From the NCBI GenBank assembly GCA_027493445.1, contig JAOSKU010000001.1, forward strand, positions 1,803,936-1,867,935: a DNA stretch of 64,000 nucleotides. Reading direction: 5' to 3'. A program made the translations under genes and the position numbers. The notes under the pieces are model-generated. The model was given only the letters and a program-made list of their open reading frames with translations, searched no databases and was not told the DNA's origin. Positions 1 through 10,440 of the stretch are shown piece after piece (positions within the stretch are counted from its first letter, which is position 1; every line of letters starts with the position of its first letter). Source of the stretch: Thermoleophilia bacterium (GTDB taxonomy: Bacteria; Actinomycetota; Thermoleophilia; RBG-16-64-13).

Positions 1-1276
1 CGAGGTAGCCTTCCGCCGCCTGCCGCCATGAGAAGAGTCGCGCAACCAACTGCTGCGCCTTGTCGGCCTTCTGCGCCGCCGCGCTCGATCCTACCAGGCT
101 GATGACGCACCGGGCCAGGTCGTCGGCATCCTGGGGGTCGAATAGCCACGCGTTCCCCTCGATGCGCCCGAACTCTTCCTCCAAGGACGGGATCCTGGCG
201 AAAGCCACTGGGCAGCCGACCTGCATCGCCTCCCGCCCGGGGAAGCTGCCGGCTTCGTAGAGCGATGGGACGATCAAAGCCGTAGCGAGCCGGTAGAGCG
301 CCGCCAGGTCCCGGTCGCTCACGAAACCGAGCCCTAACACGTCGCGACCATTCCGCAAACCGACGCGCTCGACCGCGCAGACGAGGCTTTGCGCGTAGCT
401 CGTACGGCGGGCGGAGAAGTCGGGCTGAAGCATGTCGGTGTTCGGCCCTACGCAAACCAACCCAAGATCGGGAATCACATCCCGTAGCGATCCCAAGGCC
501 TCGAGTACGACCCGCTGGTTCTTGTGAGAAACGAGCCAACCCACCACAAGAAGAAAGCGAGGCGGAAGCCGGTGTCGCAACCGGCAGCTGTCGAGCTCTG
601 CGGGAGTAGGAGCGGGGCCGGATCCCGGGATGCCCAGGGGTACAACGTGCACCTTCCCACGGGATGAGGGGTAGTACTCGCAGGCCTCCTTGGCGACGGT
701 CTCACTAGAGACGACGATGCCTCGACTCATGGCCATCCAGCCGGGCATCTCGCGTTCGATGCGGCGGCGTGTCCGCGGCTCCAGCGTGTCGAAGTGCTTG
801 AAGTTGAAGTCGTGCGGCGTGCACACGATGGGCTGCTCAAGCGCGGGCACCCGCATGAGGTAGGGGTAGCTGAAGTAAGCCACGTCGAAATCCCCCTGGC
901 GACAGGTCCTCTCCACCAACACTCGAGGGTCGCCCGCAAACTCCTTCGCCCACCGCATACCGCTGCGAGAAACGACGTCGGGGACGGCCCGCAGCAACCG
1001 CCCAGATCCCGGGATGCCCAGAACGCGACCCTTCAGGCGCAGTCCAGAGAGACGCCCGCTGCCCGCGGGTTTGAGGAAGTCGACACGTAGGTTCGAAGCG
1101 GCGACATCCACCGGCCAGGTGACAACCCGGCCATCGGAACCGTGTTCGCCGAGAAGGACCAGGATCTCCCAGGCGGCCGCCCGGGGGGTCTCGAGCAGCC
1201 CGCCGACGAGTCCGTGAAGGAAGCGCTCGACCCCTCCGGAGCTGACGACGTGATCGATGATGGCCAGTCGGGGCAT
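1..1276 (-). CDS. Glycosyltransferase family 4 (GT-B fold); start ATG at 1276, C-terminal few residues beyond window start
   Basis: Hand translation of the minus strand from 1276 gives about 425 aa with no stop. It contains the GT4 signature ...PSLYEAGSFPGREAMQVGCPV... and EX7E-like motifs. It is not in the ORF track because it has no in-window stop. Confidence 0.8.
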   Translation of the reverse strand, partial: MPRLAIIDHVVSSGGVERFLHGLVGGLLETPRAAAWEILVLLGEHGSDGRVVTWPVDVAASNLRVDFLKPAGSGRLSGLRLKGRVLGIPGSGRLLRAVPDVVSRSGMRWAKEFAGDPRVLVERTCRQGDFDVAYFSYPYLMRVPALEQPIVCTPHDFNFKHFDTLEPRTRRRIEREMPGWMAMSRGIVVSSETVAKEACEYYPSSRGKVHVVPLGIPGSGPAPTPAELDSCRLRHRLPPRFLLVVGWLVSHKNQRVVLEALGSLRDVIPDLGLVCVGPNTDMLQPDFSARRTSYAQSLVCAVERVGLRNGRDVLGLGFVSDRDLAALYRLATALIVPSLYEAGSFPGREAMQVGCPVAFARIPSLEEEFGRIEGNAWLFDPQDADDLARCVISLVGSSAAAQKADKAQQLVARLFSWRQAAEGYL

Positions 1277-1291
1277 ACCGAAAGTGTCGCC

Positions 1292-2079
1292 CTAACGTAG
1301 ACGCACGGCCACGGCCACACCAGGGGGGTCCTGCGTGTACTCGAAGAATCGGAACTCCGGATGCTCGTCCCGAACGACATGCCACACGCCCAGGAGGTCC
1401 ACCCACCCGTGGGGATCGTGGCCCAGCTCCGCTCGCATGGCCTCCTCGTCGACGATCTCTGGCGATGGGGCGATGTCGTCGAAGACGACAGCGCCTCCCA
1501 AGGCGCAATGCGGCATCACAGCATCGAGATCCTGATACGCGCCCAGGAGCGAGTGATCGCCGTCGACCAGGATCAGGTCAAACGTATCGGGGTGAGGCAC
1601 CTCCCGCCGCAGCAGCCTGTTGACCAGGCCGCTCGGCCCCCGCTGAAGAAGTTGGGCAAGGTCTCGTGGCTGTTGCCGCTGATGAAACGCGGCTTCTTGC
1701 CCTTGGAGACCCTCTGGAGCTCGCGTTCGACGAAGCGCGGTCCGGGGTTGTCCACCCCTGCGTAGCCCGGCACCCACATGTCAAAACCGAACAACTCCGC
1801 CTCGGGCGCCCGGGCAGCGACGGTCACCATGGAGAAGCCGCGACGGACGCCGATCTCCAGGTAATTGGCGGGCTGGATTTCTCGAGCGAGCCAGGAGATG
1901 AAGCACCGCGTCTCGACGTGTCCCTTCTCGAGCTGCGCCAGCGCCAGCTTGGTCCACTTGGGGTCTGGAGAGAGCCTGCGGAAAACATCCATCACAAACG
2001 ACACGTTCTCCGTTTCCGACACGGCCGCGAGAAGCTGATCGTCCGAGACCTCGGCCCAGAAGCGCGTATCCACTGCCAC
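1292..2079 (-). CDS. Class I SAM-dependent methyltransferase (candidate glycan terminal O-methyltransferase), apparent frameshift near 1650-1700
   Basis: ORF 1573-2079 carries the N-terminal half with a glycine-rich SAM motif (YLEIGVRRGFSMV). ORF 1292-1777 in another frame carries the C-terminal half (FDLILVDGDHS...AVVFDDI). Together they form one Rossmann methyltransferase. Confidence 0.65.
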
Positions 2080-2091
2080 TTGGTCCTCCCG

Positions 2092-3339
2092 TCAGTCCTC
2101 GATACCATCGTCCGACTCGTCGCCGGACTCGAAGCTCCACTCGCACGGAACGTCGATGAGGCCTCCCACCTGGGGTCCTTCGACCTGTAGCATCAGTCGC
2201 TCTGAGTCCACGAGCTCGTCCACGTCGCTGGAGCTCACGAACACCCTGAACCACAATGTGTACACGCCGGTCCTCAAGGACGCGCGAGGAAAGCGCACTG
2301 TCACGCGATGCAGCCCTGGGCGGAACGTCGGGTACAGCCTCTGCACGTCGGTGCGCACATGGACCATATACCGCCCCTCGACGTCCTCGACGACGCAGTT
2401 CACGTAGGCCCGCTCGAGCAGGCGGTCCGTTTCCAGCTCCATCACCGCTTCGAGCGGGCTGTCCGACGTGAGCACGTAACCTCCCGGCACCTGCACGCTG
2501 GTGATGCGGACGCCCGCCATGCCGGTCGAGACACCGGCCTGCGTCTCGCGGAGCAGCTCGTGATAATGGTGAATGGCCTCGGCCACTGGAGCCATCGTGA
2601 CGAGCCTCCCCCCATCGAGGACGATCCCGGTGTCGCACAGGTTCTGGATGGCCGCCATGTTATGGCTCACGAAGAGCACGGTCCGCCCTTCATGGGCCAC
2701 CTCGCCCATCTTGCCCAAGCACTTCTTCTGGAAGTCGATGTCCCCAACCGCCAGGACCTCGTCGACCAGCAGGATTTCGGGCTCCAGGTGAGCCGCAACC
2801 GCGAAGGCCAGACGCACGTACATCCCGCTCGAGTAGCGCTTGACCGGTGTGTCGATGAAGCGCGAGATCTCGGCGAAGTCGACGATGGCATCGAATTGAC
2901 GCTGGATCTCGGCCTTCCTCATGCCCAGGATGGCTCCGTTCAGGAAGATGTTCTCCCGGCCGGTAAGCTCGGGGTGGAAACCTGTGCCCACCTCGAGAAG
3001 GGCGCCCACGCGCCCGAAGAGATCGGCGTAACCTTCGGTGGGCTCGGTGATACGGGAGAGGATCTTGAGGAGCGTGCTCTTACCCGCTCCGTTGCGACCG
3101 ATGATGCCCACCGCTTCGCCCTGCGGCACCGCGAAGGAGACGTCGCGGAGAGCCCAGGTAGTGGGAGCCTGCACTCGAATCCCTGCGTTGCCTGCAAGCA
3201 CCCCTGCGGCGCGCCGGACCGGCCTCTTGACCGCCCCGATGAGTGACTCGCGGGCAGTCCTGTACCTCTCTGCGGGCCGCCCCAGGCGGTATTGCTTGGA
3301 GAGGGAGCTCGCGATGACGGCCGCGTACTCCGTACTCAT
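2092..3339 (-). CDS. wzt: Polysaccharide-export ABC transporter ATP-binding protein (Wzt/KpsT/TagH type) with extended C-terminal carbohydrate-binding-like domain
   Basis: Walker A GRNGAGKST, ABC signature YSSGM and Walker B ILLVDE are present, followed by about 170 extra C-terminal residues. The likely start is the internal ATG (MSTEYAAV) at 3339, overlapping the wzm stop as ATGA. Confidence 0.85.
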   Translation of the reverse strand: MSTEYAAVIASSLSKQYRLGRPAERYRTARESLIGAVKRPVRRAAGVLAGNAGIRVQAPTTWALRDVSFAVPQGEAVGIIGRNGAGKSTLLKILSRITEPTEGYADLFGRVGALLEVGTGFHPELTGRENIFLNGAILGMRKAEIQRQFDAIVDFAEISRFIDTPVKRYSSGMYVRLAFAVAAHLEPEILLVDEVLAVGDIDFQKKCLGKMGEVAHEGRTVLFVSHNMAAIQNLCDTGIVLDGGRLVTMAPVAEAIHHYHELLRETQAGVSTGMAGVRITSVQVPGGYVLTSDSPLEAVMELETDRLLERAYVNCVVEDVEGRYMVHVRTDVQRLYPTFRPGLHRVTVRFPRASLRTGVYTLWFRVFVSSSDVDELVDSERLMLQVEGPQVGGLIDVPCEWSFESGDESDDGIED

Positions 3340-4211
3340 ACCACGTCCGCGAAGGTCCGCTCCATGCGGCGGAAGTACACGGCCCCGCTGAACAGCAAAG
3401 CCAAGGCGACCGCCGCCGAGACGAGCACCATGGGACCCGGGCGCGACTGGGTGCCCAGAAGGGCCCAACGGAAACCCTCAACCACGCCGACCATGGGGTT
3501 CACTCCGTAGACGGTCCGCCAGGGCTCGCCCAGAAGGCTGCTGGGATAGGCGATGGGCGTGGCGAACAGCCAGAGCTGGGTCAGAAACGGGACAGTGTAG
3601 CGCACGTCGCGGTACTGAACGTTGAGGGCAGAGAGCCACAGCCCGACGCCCAGTGATGTCGCCAGGGCAAGGAGCAAGAAGGCCGGCAGCCACAGCAACC
3701 GTGTCGTCGGTAGGAGACCATAGGCCACGATCATCACCACCAGGACCCCGAAGGCCAGGAGGAAGTCGACTAGGCCGGAGAGCACGGTCGCGATAGGCAC
3801 CACTAACCGGGGGAAATACACCTTCGTGATGATGTTCTGGCTTGCGACGAGGCTCTCCGTGGACTGACCGAGCCCGTAGGCGAAGAATGTCCAAGGAACC
3901 AATGCGCAGAAGGCGAACACTGGGTAGGGCGCCCCTTCCGACGAGATGCCGGCTAGACGCCCGAAGAAGAGGCTGAAGATCAGCATCGTAAAGACGGGCT
4001 GCAGCACCGCCCAGGCCACCCCGAAGGCGGTCTGCTTGTAGCGGACCTTGATGTCACGCCAGGCGAGGAAGTAGAGGAGCTCGCGATACTCCCATAGGTC
4101 TCTGAGGTTTAGCGCAGCCCGACCGGTGGTCGGGCGCACGCGGGTGACGCGGATAGGAGGAATGGACAGGTTCAGTCGGACACCTAGGTCGTGGTTCTCT
4201 TGGGCATCCAT
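3336..4211 (-). CDS. wzm: ABC-2 type polysaccharide-export permease (Wzm)
   Basis: Six predicted TM segments and the conserved N-terminal LRDLWEYRELLYFLAWRDIKVRYKQT motif. The preferred start is MDAQ at 4211; the track ORF extends to 4340. The stop is coupled to the wzt start. Confidence 0.8.
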   Translation of the reverse strand: MDAQENHDLGVRLNLSIPPIRVTRVRPTTGRAALNLRDLWEYRELLYFLAWRDIKVRYKQTAFGVAWAVLQPVFTMLIFSLFFGRLAGISSEGAPYPVFAFCALVPWTFFAYGLGQSTESLVASQNIITKVYFPRLVVPIATVLSGLVDFLLAFGVLVVMIVAYGLLPTTRLLWLPAFLLLALATSLGVGLWLSALNVQYRDVRYTVPFLTQLWLFATPIAYPSSLLGEPWRTVYGVNPMVGVVEGFRWALLGTQSRPGPMVLVSAAVALALLFSGAVYFRRMERTFADVV

Positions 4212-4361
4212 CCGACCTTGCTTTCCCCGTCGCTGGACCGGAGCGTAGTATACACGAGTGCCATGCTCGCACGCCGTCACCCCCGGGTCTATGGCAGGCA
4301 CGCGAGAAGTAGAGAAGCTTGCGGTTAGGGTAGAACCCACGAGCCGAGAGGATAGCCTCAG

Positions 4362-5481
4362 GTGAGAGACATACCTGTCGCATCAGCCGATCTTAGCGGT
4401 AACGAGGAGCGCTACGCGGTGGAGGCCATCCGCAGCTCGTGGGTCTCTTCCACGGGCGACTTCGTCACACGCTTCGAGAAAGACTTCGCCGCCCTTTGTG
4501 GTACCCGCTCGGCCATCGGTGTCTGCAACGGCACTATCGCCCTGCACCTAGCCCTCCTGGCCCTCGACGTGCGGCCCGGAGACGAGGTGCTGGTGCCCGC
4601 CCTCACCTATATTGCTACCGCCAACGCCGTGCGGTACGTGGGCGCCGAACCCGTGTTTGTCGATGTCGACCCCGAAACCTGGTGCATCGATCCCGAGAGA
4701 CTCGAGCCGGCCATGACCCGCCGAACCCGGGGCATCATCCCGGTGCACCTCTACGGGCATCCGGCCGATATGGACGCCATCAATCACATCGCCGCGATCC
4801 ACGGGCTCTGGGTGATCGAAGACGCAGCCGAGGCCCACCTCGCGCACTACAAAGGGCGACCCGTCGGTGGACTTGCACGGATGGGCACGTTTTCCTTCTA
4901 TGGAAACAAGATCTTCACCTGCGGCGAAGGCGGGGCGGTCACCGTCAACGACCCCCACCTGGAAAAGCGCACGCGCACCTTGAGGGGCCAAGGGGTCGAT
5001 CCCACTCGGCGCTACTACTTCCCCGTGACGGGTTATAACTTTCGGTTGACGAACCTTGCCAGCGCCCTTCTCTGTGCCCAGCTCGAGCGGCACGAATCAA
5101 TAATCGCCCGGCGCAAAGAGATCTTCCTCCTCTACCGAGAGCAGCTGGCCGAGATCCCCGGCATCGACTTCCAGCCTCGGGCCTCCTGGGCGGAGCCCGC
5201 TCCCTGGCTCTTTTGCATCACCGCCAACGCCGACCGCTTCGGGCGCACCCGCGACGAGCTCATGGACATGCTGGCCGAGCAGCAGATCGACACACGGCCC
5301 TTTTTTGTTCCCCTGCACACTCTCCCCCTTCAGGGAGGAGTCGCTCCGTCGTGGCGACGAGCTCCCCGTGACGGTCGTCCTCGGCGCCTCGGGGCTCAAC
5401 CTGCCCACCTACAGCCAGATGAGCGACAGCGACGTCGAACGGGTGTGCGCCGCGATCCGGAAGGCGGCCCGTGCCTCGTGA
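4362..5481 (+). CDS. DegT/DnrJ/EryC1/StrS family PLP-dependent sugar aminotransferase; apparent +1 frameshift at poly-C/poly-T tract near 5312-5330
   Basis: The N-terminus has the family motifs (SSWVSSTGDFV..FEKDFA, GTFSFYGNKIFTCGEGGA with the lysine). The true C-terminus (LPVTVVLGASGLNLPTYSQMSDSDVERVCAAIRKAARAS stop) is in the +1 frame and ends at TGA 5479-5481. The track fuses it with the next gene only because the wrong frame stays open. Confidence 0.8.
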
Positions 5482-5504
5482 TCGTGCACGGGGAAGCCTG
5501 CAAC

Positions 5505-6188
5505 ATGCCCGGCCTTTGGCCCCTCGACGCGCCCGTAGTGATCGTTGGAGCCGGCGGGTTTGCCCGCGAAGTGCTGGGTATTTGCTACGACTTGGGTGTG
5601 GACAACCGCGTCGCCGGCTTCATCGATAGGCAGGACGTATCCCACCCAGACTTGCTCGACGGCAAGCCGATATTGGGCAACGACGGCTGGCTCGCCGCCC
5701 AAACCGAGTCCCGTCTCCGCTTCATCGTGGGGATTGGAGACAACCCGCTCCGCCTGCGCATTGCCCGACGGCTAGAGGCGGCCGGCCTGCATCCCGCCAC
5801 CGTGATCTCCCCGCGTGCGATCGTCTCCCGGTTCGCCTGCATCCATCCCGGCTCCATGATCTGCGCGGGCGTCATCGTGAACACCAACGTCACGGTGGGC
5901 GCACACTCGATCGTGAATCTCAACTGCACCCTCGGGCACGATTCGATACTGGAGCCTTTCGTCAACCTCGCCCCTGGGGTAAACGTTTCAGGGTACGTCA
6001 CTCTGCATGAAGGCGTGTATGTGGGCAGCGGCTCGGCCATCAACGAGCACCTGGAGATCGGCTCCTGGACCATCATCGGGTCCATGGCCGCGGTCAACCG
6101 TGACCTACCGGCCAATGTGACCGCTGTGGGGGTTCCAGCAAAGCCCATCAGGACCCGGCCCGCCGGGTGGCAGCTCGGCGGCTCGTGA
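5505..6188 (+). CDS. Sugar N-acetyltransferase, NeuD/PglD/PglB family (left-handed beta-helix hexapeptide repeats)
   Basis: An N-terminal Rossmann-like VVIVGAGGFAREV motif followed by hexapeptide-repeat segments (IHPGSMICAGVIVNTNVTVGAHSIVNLNCTLGHDSIL...). Own ATG at 5505, 24 nt after the aminotransferase stop. Confidence 0.8.
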   Translation: MPGLWPLDAPVVIVGAGGFAREVLGICYDLGVDNRVAGFIDRQDVSHPDLLDGKPILGNDGWLAAQTESRLRFIVGIGDNPLRLRIARRLEAAGLHPATVISPRAIVSRFACIHPGSMICAGVIVNTNVTVGAHSIVNLNCTLGHDSILEPFVNLAPGVNVSGYVTLHEGVYVGSGSAINEHLEIGSWTIIGSMAAVNRDLPANVTAVGVPAKPIRTRPAGWQLGGS

Positions 6189-7396
6189 GAACCCTCGCCG
6201 TCTGGACCGACCCACCGTTCAGTTCCCCTTCCGGGGGGGTCGTGACCTCGGCCGAGAGCCTTATGGCCGGTCTGGCGGCCTACGCGCCCTGGGACTGGCG
6301 GGTCACCTACGCGCCCTCAGGCACGTGGTGGTTCCGCTCACTCGTGGCAAACCGCTCCGCGCGCAGCGCCGTGGTGCGGGTGGGACCACCAGGCATCTCT
6401 GGACTGCGAGCGGTGGCAGAGAATCTGGTGGGCCCGGTGGGTCGGCGACTGATCGGGGCCGCTGAGCGGATTGCGCGGACCCCAGCCGAGATCCTCCTGG
6501 CCCCGCACGTCTTCAACACTTTTACGCCCATTGGCCCGCACCCTTACGTGGCTCTGACCCCCAACGACTTCCAGCACAGGCGATTCCCCGAAAACTTCAC
6601 GCCATCGGAGCTGCGTCGCCGCATTCGGCTGTACGAGCACGCCGTCTCGCGCGCCGATCTCGTGATCACGGGCAGCCGGGCGACCCATGTCGACCTCCTC
6701 CACTTCCACCCCCAAGCCGCCGACAAGGCGTGGCTGTGGCGTTTTCCGGCCCCCGCCGATCTTCGGGTTCCGAGCGACACCGAGGTGATCCTGGCCAGGC
6801 GCCTGCTGCCCCGCGCAGCAGCCTCGCACACCATCATCTACCCGGCCCAGCTGTGGCCCCACAAGAACCACGCTACGTTGATCCGAGCGGTGGCACTACT
6901 GAGGAGCGAGCGGCGGTTGGAGGTATCGCTGGTCCTGACCGGCGCCGGACCCCAGCTTGGACCGCTACAAGACCTGTCGCGGCAACTGGGCGCGCAGGAT
7001 GCGGTCCACTTCGTGGGCAACGTGCCCCGGGGCGTGCTCTTTGCCCTGCTGGCATCGACCGATCTCGTGGCCGTGCCATCTCTCTTCGAGCAAGCCTCGT
7101 ATCCCCTTGTGGAAGCCGGCTGGTTCCAGAAGCCCATTCTGGCAGCCGATATCGTTTCGCTACGCGAGGAGCTGGCCGGCCACGAGCTGGCGCTTGTTCC
7201 CGGCGAGGATCCTCAGGCGTGGGCAGACGCCATAGAGCAAGCATTCGAAGACGACGCTCGCGCTGGCCAGCTGAGAGAGGCGGGCAGAGCCGTCCTGGCC
7301 CGACACGACCTCGCTATCCAAGCGGGCGAGTTCTGGCGGTACATGCTGCAGAAACTGAACGACACGCGCAGAGCCGGTCTGAGCTACCGCCGTTAG
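6167..7396 (+). CDS. Glycosyltransferase family 4
   Basis: C-terminal GT4 motif VPSLFEQASYPLVEAGWFQKPILAADI. It overlaps the acetyltransferase stop; an alternative GTG start lies at 6185. Confidence 0.8.
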   Translation: MAARRLVRTLAVWTDPPFSSPSGGVVTSAESLMAGLAAYAPWDWRVTYAPSGTWWFRSLVANRSARSAVVRVGPPGISGLRAVAENLVGPVGRRLIGAAERIARTPAEILLAPHVFNTFTPIGPHPYVALTPNDFQHRRFPENFTPSELRRRIRLYEHAVSRADLVITGSRATHVDLLHFHPQAADKAWLWRFPAPADLRVPSDTEVILARRLLPRAAASHTIIYPAQLWPHKNHATLIRAVALLRSERRLEVSLVLTGAGPQLGPLQDLSRQLGAQDAVHFVGNVPRGVLFALLASTDLVAVPSLFEQASYPLVEAGWFQKPILAADIVSLREELAGHELALVPGEDPQAWADAIEQAFEDDARAGQLREAGRAVLARHDLAIQAGEFWRYMLQKLNDTRRAGLSYRR

Positions 7397-7657
7397 AGGC
7401 CGCCTGGACCCGGCGGTGGCCACGGCCCCGAGGGTGGCGTGTGGCGCAACCGATTCCGCCACCCGGAGTGGCTGGCATGCCGAACCGGAAAGACCTGCCT
7501 CACCGCTTGCTTTCGCCTTCATTTGGGAAGACCCCCTCACCGGCGGGTCGGCGACCCGGAGAATTCATCGCGGAGCAGGGAGCCGCCTATGGTCGCACGC
7601 GCCCTGTAAGCACTGCACACGGATCAGCCCAATGAACCTGCACGAGGAGAGAGGGCA

Positions 7658-9889
7658 ATGGGGAGAATGGGGATCTGCGGCATGGCGGGCCGCGCGCTTC
7701 TGATTCTGGCCCTGGTCCTGCTTTGCATCGTCCCGGCGGCGGCGGCCGCCCCGGCGGCAGCGGGAATAGGCGGCGAACCCGACCTGAGCGGCAGGAGCGA
7801 CAACCGGCCTCACCCGCTTGGCGATCAGCAGGCGGAGCTGAAGGCGAAGGCGCTCGAGGCCAAGCTCAGCGGCAAAGCGTACGGCAAGACGCACGAAGTG
7901 GCCCGCGGCCAGTTCGTCGAGCTTACCCGGGAGGGCGAGGACTCGATCTGGACCGTACTGGGCGAGTTCAGCGACTTCCCGCACAACAACGTCGCCCAGC
8001 CCGACCGCGCCTTCGACAACTCCACCATCTGGACGCCGGACTTCAGCCGCGACTACTACCTGGACCTGCTGTTCGCAGAAGGGTCCGGCGCCAATTCGAT
8101 GCGCAACTTCTACATCGAACAGTCGTCGAATCGCTACACGGTCAACGGCGACGTGACCGACTGGATTCCCGTTCCGGGGACGGCCGCGTCCTACGACGAC
8201 TCACCGGACGCCAATGTCTGGAACTTCCTGCAAGACAGCATCGACGGCTGGTACGCGTCTCGACTGGCGGCGGGCATGAGCGCCGCGGACATCGACGCCT
8301 ACCTGAACCGGTTCGATACCTGGGACCGTTACGACTGGGACGGCGACGGCAACTTCAACGAGTCCGACGGCTACATCGACCACTTCCAGTCCGTCCACGC
8401 TGGTGAGGGCGAGGAGGCCGGCGGCGGGACCTTGGGCGCGGCGGCCATCTGGAGTCACCGCTGGTACGCCAACTTCGGAGGCATCGGCAGCGTGGGACCA
8501 TCCCCCGACTACCTACTTGGCGGCCTGCGGATCGGCGGCAGCAGTTACTGGATCGGCGACTACACCATCGAGCCGGAGAACGGCGGGGTGGGCGTGTTCG
8601 CCCACGAGTTCGGCCACGATCTCGGTCTGCCCGACCTGTACGCCACGCAGGGAGGGGAGAACTCCACCGCCTTCTGGACCTTGATGTCTTCCGGCTCCTG
8701 GCTCAGCGACGGCACCCAGGACCTCGGCTCGAAGCCCGGGCACATGGGCGCCTGGGAGAAGTTCCAGCTCGGCTGGCTGAACTATGAGGTCGCCCGCGCC
8801 GGCCAGAGGTCCCAGCACAAGCTCGGCCCGGCCGAGACAACCACGAAGCAGGCGCAGGGACTGTTCGTGATCCTGCCGATGAAGGAAGTCACCACGAACA
8901 TCGGCAGTCCCTACAGCGGCGACCACTTCTACTACAGCGGCTCCGGAGACAACCTCGACAACTTCATGTACAAGCAGTTCGATCTGGCCGCCGGATCGTC
9001 CCTGACCGCAATGGTCGACTACCAGATCGAGAACGATTGGGACTACGCCTACGTGGTGGTGTCCACCGACGGCGGCGCCACTTGGACAAGCGTGCAGACT
9101 ACCGAATCGACCAGCACCAACCCCAACGGTCAGAACCTCGGCTACGGCATCACCGGCAGCTCCGGGGGTTGGGTCGCCCTGGCCGCCGACCTCTCGGCCT
9201 ACACGGGTGACGTGCTCCTGGGCTTCCGCTACTGGACCGACGCCGCGGTGGTGGAGCGCGGGCTCATGATCGACGACATACTGATCACCGGGTACGCGCC
9301 CGATGGCGCCGAAGCCGACGCGGGCTGGACCTTCGCGGGCTTCCGGGTTTCAACCGGCACCGAGACCGGCCTGTTCAGCAACTACTACGTGGCTGAGTAC
9401 CGCCAGTACCGGGGCTACGACGCGGGTTTGCGGAACGCCTACAACTTCGGCTTCCTGAACGATCAGGCGCGGCAGAACTGGGTCGAGCGGTTCCCCTACC
9501 AGGACGGCCTGCTCATCAGCTACTGGGATACCTCCCAGGCCGACAACAACACTCCGCAACATCCCGGCCGGGGCCTGCTCCTACCCATCGACGCCCACCC
9601 GGAGGTCATGATGCGCCCCGACGCCGGCGTGTGGCGCAACCGGGTGCAGGCCTTCGATTCCACCTTCGCACTGGATCCGACCGACGCGATCACGCTGCAC
9701 TGGTGGGGCGAGCCGTCGTACTTCGCGAGCCAGAAGGCGGTCCCGGTCTTCGATGACCGAACGCAGTACTACCGGCCTGCGAATCCGTGGGGAGGCGTCA
9801 TCAACCCCAACACCGGAACACAGGTCACAATCAGAAGCATCAGCACCCTCGGCAACTTCATGCAGGTCGAGGTTCGTCCGGCGAAGTAA
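7658..9889 (+). CDS. Secreted zinc metalloprotease, peptidase family M6 (immune inhibitor A / InhA-like)
   Basis: Signal peptide (LLILALVLLCIVPAAAAA). M6 zinc site VFAHEFGHDLGLPDLY (HEXXH...D.Y). 743 aa. RBS GGAGAGAGGG before the ATG. Confidence 0.85.
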   Translation: MGRMGICGMAGRALLILALVLLCIVPAAAAAPAAAGIGGEPDLSGRSDNRPHPLGDQQAELKAKALEAKLSGKAYGKTHEVARGQFVELTREGEDSIWTVLGEFSDFPHNNVAQPDRAFDNSTIWTPDFSRDYYLDLLFAEGSGANSMRNFYIEQSSNRYTVNGDVTDWIPVPGTAASYDDSPDANVWNFLQDSIDGWYASRLAAGMSAADIDAYLNRFDTWDRYDWDGDGNFNESDGYIDHFQSVHAGEGEEAGGGTLGAAAIWSHRWYANFGGIGSVGPSPDYLLGGLRIGGSSYWIGDYTIEPENGGVGVFAHEFGHDLGLPDLYATQGGENSTAFWTLMSSGSWLSDGTQDLGSKPGHMGAWEKFQLGWLNYEVARAGQRSQHKLGPAETTTKQAQGLFVILPMKEVTTNIGSPYSGDHFYYSGSGDNLDNFMYKQFDLAAGSSLTAMVDYQIENDWDYAYVVVSTDGGATWTSVQTTESTSTNPNGQNLGYGITGSSGGWVALAADLSAYTGDVLLGFRYWTDAAVVERGLMIDDILITGYAPDGAEADAGWTFAGFRVSTGTETGLFSNYYVAEYRQYRGYDAGLRNAYNFGFLNDQARQNWVERFPYQDGLLISYWDTSQADNNTPQHPGRGLLLPIDAHPEVMMRPDAGVWRNRVQAFDSTFALDPTDAITLHWWGEPSYFASQKAVPVFDDRTQYYRPANPWGGVINPNTGTQVTIRSISTLGNFMQVEVRPAK

Positions 9890-9941
9890 AGACTCGAGCT
9901 TGGCGGACCGAACAACCGGCGTTCAAGCCACGGCCAGAGCC

Positions 9942-9974
9942 GAAGGGGCTCCCGGACACTTCCGGGAGCCCCTT
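9942..9974 (+). terminator. Strong GC hairpin (13-bp perfect stem, 6-nt loop) 50 nt after M6 protease stop
   Basis: GAAGGGGCTCCCGG acactt CCGGGAGCCCCTT, read directly from the sequence. There is no clear U-tract, as is common in high-GC genomes. Confidence 0.6.
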
Positions 9975-10083
9975 GCCGGTCGCGAAAGACCCGAGAGGGC
10001 CGCTGTTCACCGAGGCTCGGCGCCGCTCATCCGCGTGCAGCTGGTTGGGGAGGGCAGACTGGCCGCGCCCGCCCTAGGCCAGC

Positions 10084-10440
10084 TCAGACCCCCGGCAGCA
10101 ACTTCTTCAGCGACGTCCCCACCGAACCTCTGTCTTGTTCACTCAGCGCCCCGATAGACCTGAGGATGAAGCGGTGGTCGAGGGTGAAGAGCTTCATGCG
10201 CACCACCGAAGCAGCCTCGAGACCGGCCGACGGGAGATCGTCTATGGCCACATCGAGCGGCCACCGGGAGTTGCGGGCACTCGTGATCATGGCGAGGACG
10301 CTGTGCCCCACGAGCCCCCCCTGCTCCGCCGTGCTCGACAGGACGAGAGCGGGCCTGCGGCGAGCGCGCGGGCTGTCCGTGAAGGGGAAAGGCACGACCA
10401 CCACGGACCACGGCTCATAGTCCACGATAGGCGTCCTCAT
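10084..10440 (-). CDS. mazF: MazF/PemK-family endoribonuclease toxin
   Basis: 118 aa. Family motifs RRRPALVLS and DVAIDDLPSAGL..ASVVR..KLFTLD. Overlaps the upstream antitoxin. Confidence 0.8.
   Translation of the reverse strand: MRTPIVDYEPWSVVVVPFPFTDSPRARRRPALVLSSTAEQGGLVGHSVLAMITSARNSRWPLDVAIDDLPSAGLEAASVVRMKLFTLDHRFILRSIGALSEQDRGSVGTSLKKLLPGV

Noticed and set aside
837-1508. 223-aa minus-strand ORF (Arg/Gly/Pro-rich) and other long ORFs at 475-1380
   Set aside because: They are off-frame read-throughs typical of high-GC DNA and overlap the genuine GT4 gene. That gene translates cleanly in a different minus frame and carries family motifs.
7723-8406. 227-aa plus-strand ORF inside the M6 protease gene
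   Set aside because: It is an alternative frame of a well-supported gene. Its arginine-rich, low-complexity composition is not protein-like.
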